A stretch of 63,958 nt of DNA, filler included, from Salisapilia sapeloensis CBS 127946 (lineage: Eukaryota; Protista; Oomycota): assembly GCA_023334545.1 (NCBI GenBank). It is 12 parts of 12 records of this genome, joined end to end, with 100 filler letters (N's around TTAATTAATTAA, not from the genome) between each part and the next. Parts side by side here need not be neighbours in the genome. Positions count along the whole stretch, not along the records: positions 57,288 to 58,778 come from JAADVB010001128.1; positions 58,879 to 60,953 come from JAADVB010000965.1; positions 61,054 to 62,454 come from JAADVB010001163.1; positions 62,555 to 63,958 come from JAADVB010001160.1; 8 more parts are not named here. One strand, written 5' to 3'. Under the pieces are notes generated by a model. The model was given only the letters and a program-made list of their open reading frames with translations, was not told the origin of the DNA and did no database searches. How positions within the stretch are numbered: position 1 is the stretch's first letter; every line of letters begins with the position of its first letter. Shown piece by piece: positions 57,188-63,958 of this stretch. Position numbers and translations under genes: made by a program.

Positions 57188-57287
57188 NNNNNNNNNNNNN
57201 NNNNNNNNNNNNNNNNNNNNNNNNNNNNNNNTTAATTAATTAANNNNNNNNNNNNNNNNNNNNNNNNNNNNNNNNNNNNNNNNNNNN
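57188..57287. other. Artificial contig spacer 8
   Basis: N44-TTAATTAATTAA-N44. Confidence 0.98.
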
Positions 57288-58778
57288 TGAAGTCGGTGAT
57301 AGCGTGGAGATTTACGAATGATATTAGGGTGACATGTCCATTGATGAGAGTGGAGACGATCCGACGGGAACCATTTCTGGCGTGCTTGTTATAGCGCTCG
57401 CGGGCACGTGTGAGGTGCCTTACGCTTGATACTGTAGCATACTTTGAACAGAAACCGAAGGTACAGTGAAAATGTTTAAGGGTATAATATTAGTCTTATT
57501 CTGTATATACTTTAGTAGTACCTAGACCAATGAAATCGGTGAGATACACGGGAAGAGGGATACAAACTACTGAAGATGACTCTATATGACGAGTAAGCAG
57601 AATCCCACCATTTTGATCAATAGGTGCTCACTTTTCCATTAATTACAGTCGTCTTTGTTACTTGCAAGGCGGCAGACTGAAGTCCCATCCTCCTTGAGCT
57701 ATTGATAGTGAGTGTTGTTGTTGCCAAACTATTTAAAATTAATCGCCACTTGTATAATGTTACAAGCGAAAATGGCATGAAGATGACAAAGCAGTGTGCT
57801 AAGCGGTATTCATAGTAAGGTCTAATACGAGTTTTTAAATAAAAAGGCTTATACTGTCGGCAACAAAGGAGAGGTTGATTAACCTGTGGTCACGACAACA
57901 TCCAAGCAATGATCCAGACGCCAAATCAGAGTATTTCGACGTGCTGGTGTGCATCGTAAAGGAGCATAAACATGGCTCACCTCACACCATCAAATGCTTT
58001 ATCGCAGCATAAAATGGTCTTCTCTTTCTTTATTGACGTGGAGCTTGCCTTGTTGCACCTGAACTGGAAACATAATGCACATCGCGCTATGTGCATTGGT
58101 AGCTCAATATCTCTATTGGCATTTCACCTTGCGCTTTGGGTACTATATAGCATCAAGCTTTGTGTCGCTTTTTAATGTGCTGTAAGCAAACACTATCTAA
58201 AATGGTGATGCAATAGGCGTTATATGCACCCTTGGATTTAAATTTTGGATGTGTTGGGAAGGACTGCGTTACCAGTAATCTAGTGAAAGGTACCATTATT
58301 TACTCTTGTTTTGTCATTTGGTCTTGTCTTCATTTCCCTCGTAAGTTACATAGCCAGCCCCACGCGTCCAAGAGGAGACCATCCAGTGATGGGCAAAGTA
58401 GGACGTTGTGTGCTCGTCGCATGTATTCATCATCCAAACTACCCTACAAGCCGATTTCCCTGTCTTGCGCCGACGTCATTTTCACGTTCTTTCAGACAAA
58501 TGAATTCAATTTCGGCAGGTCGTGTAGGTAGATCAACACTAGAATAGCCGAGTACAACAATGTTATCTTTATGCCAACAAGGTCCCAATTTATTTTAGTT
58601 CTGCTGTCCGTTTTCTTTCCAAGGTATTTTACTGTACCAAGCGTAAGGCACCTCACACGTGCCCGCGAGCGCTATAACAAGCACGCCAGAAATGGTTCCC
58701 GTCGGATCGTCTCCACTCTCATCAATGGACATGTCACCCTAATATCATTCGTAAATCTCCACGCTATCACCGACTTCA
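57288..58778. repeat. Gene-free contig with perfect 141-bp inverted termini (57288-57428 / 58638-58778)
   Basis: TGAAGTCGGTGATAGCG..TACGCTTG is the exact reverse complement of the right end; weaker similarity continues ~30 nt inward. Confidence 0.95.
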
Positions 58779-58878
58779 NNNNNNNNNNNNNNNNNNNNNN
58801 NNNNNNNNNNNNNNNNNNNNNNTTAATTAATTAANNNNNNNNNNNNNNNNNNNNNNNNNNNNNNNNNNNNNNNNNNNN
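58779..58878. other. Artificial contig spacer 9
   Basis: N44-TTAATTAATTAA-N44. Confidence 0.98.
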
Positions 58879-60953
58879 AATCCGCTCGCGTCTGAGCCAC
58901 GGACCGCATGGAAACTTTGGGATATGTAGAGGTTGCTGCATTCACTTTGAACTTCAAACACACCATGGACGTGGCTCGTAGTATGTTCAAGCGATGTGAT
59001 CCACGAAAGTCGCTGAATTATACCCGATAAAACTGAAAGCATCGTATGTTTAACATGCATGACTTTGGAAGAGATTGTGTGTGTGGAGGACTTTTTCAAA
59101 GATATGAATGTGTAATTCGGTTGATAAACCTAAGAAGCTTACGTTAATTCTAAGTGAAACTTTTGCAGGAAACACATTTACTAATTTATTTATTTTCGCT
59201 TGTTCACGTGATTAAGGTGACACTGCTGCCCATATAGCTGAAGATGTGCTAGAAATAGACTTCAGTAGCCCTTGCACAAAGTCCCTACGTGTTGATCAAT
59301 GTCAAATATCCGTATTCATTGGATAACTCGTACTCTAGGATGGATTCATCTTTTAGATAGAGGCCATATGTATGCCTTGGATAGTTTCGAACCACCTAGC
59401 TTTCTTATCCACCGATCTTTGCTATCAGTAGTGGCGTATCGCTTCTACTACAGCGTTACAACTACCAGGCCTGAGGTGGTCCAAGGAGACGCATAATTAT
59501 ATATAAAGTGCACATAAGCTACCAATGATTAGAAACTAAGTGCAGTAGATCGATCATGGTACATAGTAATAGCTTGTCAAATATTCACTCTTTCCTTTTC
59601 GACATCATGTCATCTATCAGTAGACAATCTGCTGAAGAGCGTCGTGTCTGCCAGTACTTGCGTACTCGGAGCTTGATGTCATGTTTTCATATTGACTGAT
59701 TCGTTGACATTTTCACATAAGTTATTCGTAGACACGATGAAAGTTCGTGTACTCTCAAGATTAGACGACAGATATCCACTTGCGCAAGGTATCGGAGTCT
59801 GTCACGATGTCGAGCATGTGTCATTCGATCGTGAAGGCTCCGCTGACTGGGACATGTTCAAAGCGATCCCATGACCAACAGAGCAGAACGGAAGTGTAGT
59901 GCGCCATCTTCTCTAGCTGAAGACTACATTTTGACGAATAAATTGATTTGAGAACTGTTGGCAACTGAATAGGCACGAAAAATTCGTGTCCTTTTGCAAT
60001 CGTAAGATCTGAACTATCTATATCCTTGATCGATATCGATCTACTGAAGTCTATGTAGCTGATCGCCGATCGACTGAGTCTTCGATAGCATCATTTCTTT
60101 GGGCACTATGGACTAACTGGGCAAAATGAAATTGAAATTGATTAGTTTATTCGTCTCAAGTAGATCCTACTACTTCTCTCTGCTTGTTATCCACCACCTT
60201 ACATTCTTTTTCAACATTGCGTCCTGCATTCCATATTCAGTTATCAGGTCTGGCGTATGCGTTGTCGTAGTCGTTAGTAGACGATTAGTAGAATGAAAAG
60301 ATACTCTTTAATGTCCGGGAATTGACATCGGGGATTCGCAATCTCGCTTGCTTCCTAATCGAATGATAAGCTTCCTCTGGATGCGTGCGGGAACGTTGAT
60401 TAAAATGCATTTCTATGCGCAACTACAAACTCATTGCGAACAAGCTCAGTCTGGATGCAGACACGATGAATGCAGTCATGAAAATTACTTTGTCGCCGAC
60501 AGCACTTCCAATATACCGTCTAGCTCAATCCATTTTGACTACTGAAATGGCCTGTTCTCAGTGTACCTGGCTACAGCACGCTAGCAAGTATGAGTTTCCT
60601 TGCGTTTCCTAGGATACTTCATCGACCTTGTATCTTGCTATACGAGCTCAACGCAAGACGTTCTTCCGCCAAATGAGTGTTTCTTTACTACTGAAGATAC
60701 CTTCGAGAAAGCATCTCCTAGACGTAGACACGGGGCCTATTGCATAGATTTCAAGTTCAAACAGATGCTGCATGTGAAGACGAAGTAACATACACCGATC
60801 TATGTTGGATGCAATTCAGCGACTTTCGTGGATCACATCGCTTGAACATACTACGAGCCACGTCCATGGTGTGTTTGAAGTTCAAAGTGAATGCAGCAAC
60901 CTCTACATATCCCAAAGTTTCCATGCGGTCCGTGGCTCAGACGCGAGCGGATT
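58879..60953. repeat. Gene-free contig with perfect 141-bp inverted termini (58879-59019 / 60813-60953)
   Basis: AATCCGCTCGCGTCTGAG..GTCGCTGAATT is the exact reverse complement of the right end. Confidence 0.95.
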
Positions 60954-61053
60954 NNNNNNNNNNNNNNNNNNNNNNNNNNNNNNNNNNNNNNNNNNNNTTA
61001 ATTAATTAANNNNNNNNNNNNNNNNNNNNNNNNNNNNNNNNNNNNNNNNNNNN
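60954..61053. other. Artificial contig spacer 10
   Basis: N44-TTAATTAATTAA-N44. Confidence 0.98.
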
Positions 61054-61589
61054 CAGATTTGCTTTCCGGGTTTGGCAGCGGTGTAGAGCAGCGAGACGTG
61101 GACATAAATCAGGTGGTGCACGCAGAGGAACGGCGGCATGCGGCCCAGAATCTTCCTCGAGTCTAGTTTCTCGACCGAATGAAAGCACTCGGGCATGGTT
61201 GCTGCAGTCTCCGTAGACGACCGCATCACTTTACCAGCGACGGACGCGGTACCTGTCCATGTTGCAGTTCACTTGAAGTGGTGGGTAAGCGGCGGGGAGA
61301 AACAATCCATTGGATTCTCATCCAGTAATCCAGCGGATTTCGTCCAATCACCTGGCGCATTTCGGTGGGACTCAAAGAGAAGGATACGAAAATAGCTTGC
61401 AGGGGAAGGAAACCGAGGTCCGTGCATCGCAATGGCCGCCTCGTCAGCGTCCGGGAGCGCTCTCTGTCTCATGTCGAAGTGCTCCGAACCGCAACGGCGT
61501 GCGACTCGGAAAACGCTGGGCAAACGTATCGGGTAAATTTTGAAAGCATCTGTTGCGAGCACCAAAAGTTCTTCGCTCGATAATCTTTT

Positions 61590-61604
61590 GCTCATTCCCG
61601 AATT
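61590..61604 (+). promoter_or_regulatory. Oomycete INR/FPR core promoter of the Pmp3 gene
   Basis: GCTCATTCCCGAATT about 55 nt upstream of ACCATG at 61658. Confidence 0.55.
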
Positions 61605-61657
61605 GGCTTCGAACCGCCCAACCTTCACTTCCGAACCCCGACCGAAAAGACTTCACC

Positions 61658-61831
61658 ATGGCCGTCACCTGCGGAGATATCCCGAGACTCATCTGTAGTG
61701 TCATCATCCCGCCCATCGGTGTCTACTTCCAAGTGGGCTGCAACAAGGACTTGGCCATCAACATCTTGTTGACCGTTCTGGGCTACGTCCCTGGACTCAT
61801 CCACGCAGTGTACATCCTTATCAAGGAATAG
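61658..61831 (+). CDS. PMP3: Pmp3/RCI2 (UPF0057) plasma-membrane proteolipid
   Basis: MAVTCGDIPRLICSVIIPPIGVYFQVGCNKDLAINILLTVLGYVPGLIHAVYILIKE*. Confidence 0.92.
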   Translation: MAVTCGDIPRLICSVIIPPIGVYFQVGCNKDLAINILLTVLGYVPGLIHAVYILIKE

Positions 61832-62454
61832 AGCCCTTGCCAGACCCAGTTCCGACTATTTTGCTGCTCTAAGGATTACTTTAATAAAGCTTCAGGCCTG
61901 TTATCCATACGCGACTCGTTCTCGTTGCTCTACTTGTTCGTCTCTGCCAGGTTTCAGAAGCGGCGTGGCAAGATGCGGCAGGGTAATGTGTCTTTTTGCC
62001 CCTGGCTGTCATTGCGTTCCCTTCGCCACGCTCCATGGGCGATAGAACAGGCCCTTTACATGCTACGATCGACCAAAGCTCCGTTTTCTCTGCTGCCCAT
62101 CCGCTCGACCTGGCCTCCGCTGCGCCAAACCGCTTGCACAGATGGCTCGTCACACGATCGCGACTGCACTTCAACTCCACTTCAACGCGAGAGTCACACG
62201 GATATGCGGCCGAGACCATGGCGCCATGGATTGAGTTGCTCCAGGGCATATGGGCGTATTGTGCGTGCTGCTCCATACGCATTGTCATGGGAAAAGAGGG
62301 GCTGCAAACCTGGACTTTGCAGTGCCAAGGATGCTGGGATCGAATGCATGCATCAAACTATAGAGTGCGTGGCTTCTTCGTTGCACCCAGTTTGCGGATC
62401 ACAACGACGTGACTCGGGAGCTTTCCGACATGACATCATTTCCAGATGCTGGGG

Positions 62455-62554
62455 NNNNNNNNNNNNNNNNNNNNNNNNNNNNNNNNNNNNNNNNNNNNTT
62501 AATTAATTAANNNNNNNNNNNNNNNNNNNNNNNNNNNNNNNNNNNNNNNNNNNN
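62455..62554. other. Artificial contig spacer 11
   Basis: N44-TTAATTAATTAA-N44. Confidence 0.98.
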
Positions 62555-63379
62555 GACGTGAAGGATGTGCGACGCATCGGGGGCGGTGCTTACGGCGAAG
62601 TGTGGCTCGTGAAATATCGCAAGGCTAGTTACTATGCGTCTAAACGTGTTGCACGGGCGAACAAAGGACCTGAAGCGACGAAAAACTTGGTGGAAGAGAT
62701 CAAACTGGCGTCCAGTTTGGAGCATCCTAACATTGTGGCGTTGGTGGGGGCTGCATGGACAAATGAGACGAATCTGCAAGGACTGTTTGAGTATATGCCG
62801 AATGGAAACTTGCGCTCATACTTGGTGAATAAAAGGACACCACGGGAATGGACGGAAGAGAAGTTGTCGATCGCCATTGAGGTCGCAGAAGCCTTGGTTT
62901 ATGTGCACTCGTTTTTGCCACCTCTTCTTCACCGAGACCTCAAGTCGCCCAACATCCTTCTATCCGACACGAATGTAGCCAAGGTGACTGACTTTGGCGC
63001 CAGTCGGTACTCAAGTGAAGTCGGGACGAACACCACTGGCGTCGGCACAGCCAAGTGGCTTGCGCCGGAGGTTATTACGGGCGATGGAACGTACAATGAG
63101 AGTTCCGACTGCTACTCATTTGGAGTTGTCCTCTCTGAATTGGACACACACGAACTACCTTACTTTGATGCTCAGACAGAAACCGGTCGGGAATTGGCAA
63201 ATGTCGCGTTATTGAATCGTGTTGCTGAAGGTACGATCAAACCGAGCTTTAACGACGATTGTCCACCTTCCATTCGAGACCTGGCCATGCAATGTCTATC
63301 CTTCCACGCCAGTGAGCGTCCACATGCGCCAGAAATTGCATACAAGCTACGAACAATCCTAAAGCAGCAATCCTGGTAA
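62555..63379 (+). CDS. TKL-family protein kinase domain (5'-truncated by contig end)
   Basis: IGGGAYGEVW, ASKR, LEHPNIV, HRDLKSPNILL, DFGASR, GTAKWLAPE, DCYSFGVVLSELDTHELPY. Confidence 0.92.
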   Translation, partial: DVKDVRRIGGGAYGEVWLVKYRKASYYASKRVARANKGPEATKNLVEEIKLASSLEHPNIVALVGAAWTNETNLQGLFEYMPNGNLRSYLVNKRTPREWTEEKLSIAIEVAEALVYVHSFLPPLLHRDLKSPNILLSDTNVAKVTDFGASRYSSEVGTNTTGVGTAKWLAPEVITGDGTYNESSDCYSFGVVLSELDTHELPYFDAQTETGRELANVALLNRVAEGTIKPSFNDDCPPSIRDLAMQCLSFHASERPHAPEIAYKLRTILKQQSW

Positions 63380-63419
63380 TTTAAAAAGAGGGAAGCAGGG
63401 TACGATGAGATAGTATTAG

Positions 63420-63958
63420 TGTTGCTTGTTGAATGTCACTTGCATCTGCTTTGAATAGCATTTTTGAATTTGTTCTTGGTGGCATTATTAGACTGTTTCG
63501 TGACCTCATCATTCAAATTCTCCATCACAATGTCGTACCACTTGTCTTATTCAAAGTGTCTGCTGCGAGCTTGTTCAACTCACGCAAAAGACTTTTCATC
63601 ATCTTTTCCGAGTTTTAGACTTTATTTCGAGTTGCTTAACCTTGTCAAAGTCGAAGGCCGCCTCGCTGATTTCCAACCTTTTCATGTGTTTGCCGATATC
63701 CTTGTGGATATCATCGAGCTCATTGGAGACGACAGTGGGAACGAGTTTATTTACTGGTAGTTGGTGACAATCCCCACCGGGTTTTGCGCATTCGACCATA
63801 GGAGCATTGAAAGTCATTTTCACTCGCGCTTTCTTTATTTTGAAGGCAGCCTCGACGGATAATGTGCCAGGCTCACACATTGTCGCGAAACTCATTTTGA
63901 TGTTTGTAAAGCACAAGACGTTCTTCGTCGTCTGTTCGACCGATAGGTCGAGTTCCAC
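63420..63958 (-). pseudogene. Possible decayed coiled-coil gene, 5' end off-window
   Basis: The open frame 63599-63958 appears to continue in a shifted frame with two stops (KLGKDDEKSFA*VEQARSRHFE*DKWYDIVMENL..). Confidence 0.3.

Noticed and set aside
57288-60953. Calling these contigs MITEs or TIR transposons with 141-bp TIRs
   Set aside because: The identical length equals the k-mer signature seen at the ABC and KstD ends. The true repeat ends lie off-contig and no TSD can be seen.
22252-62554. Eleven recurring TTAATTAATTAA motifs as a biological repeat or CRISPR-like array
   Set aside because: Always centred in exactly 44 N on each side and encoding stops in all six frames: an artificial contig linker.
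1-63958. rRNA, tRNA, CRISPR arrays, telomeric repeats or viral hallmark genes
   Set aside because: None recognisable by eye; short ncRNAs could be missed without covariance-model searches.

Overview
Eukaryotic, intron-containing, very gene-dense genomic DNA. It is almost certainly from an oomycete or closely related stramenopile, judged from FYVE-GAF and FYVE-DUSP architectures, a mitochondrion-targeted enolase, a phosphagen kinase, a PDR-type ABCG N-terminus, a TKL kinase, INR/FPR-like core promoters and introns of about 50-70 nt. The window is 12 contig pieces joined by 11 artificial 100-nt spacers (N44-TTAATTAATTAA-N44), so adjacency across spacers is not proven. About 35 genes or gene fragments are recognisable, mostly housekeeping: enolase, PRP38-like, FAN1, IPI1/TEX10, condensin H, DNAJC7, JmjC, EML, TSTD2/TrhO-like and Pmp3. 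No rRNA, tRNA or CRISPR was seen. The most striking signals are structural. Five of the ten complete contigs have two ends that belong to the same repeat, and the exactly identical stretches at three of them are 141 nt, the signature of a k=141 de Bruijn assembly. One contig is a ~9.2-kb five-gene block between a 3'-altered and a 5'-truncated copy of a bacterial-type 3-ketosteroid delta-1-dehydrogenase (KstD) gene in direct orientation, the geometry expected from single-crossover integration of a DNA circle. Another is a 12.8-kb block between two inverted, partly homogenised ABC transporter genes. Also notable are a catalytically dead but intact pogo/CENP-B-like gene head-to-head with FAN1, an IQ-WW-pseudoprotease(-FN3-ARM) protein, a myristoylated LRR gene with one repeat per 72-nt exon, and a CASTOR/POLLUX/DMI1-type channel. 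All calls are by-eye motif recognition; no database search was run.
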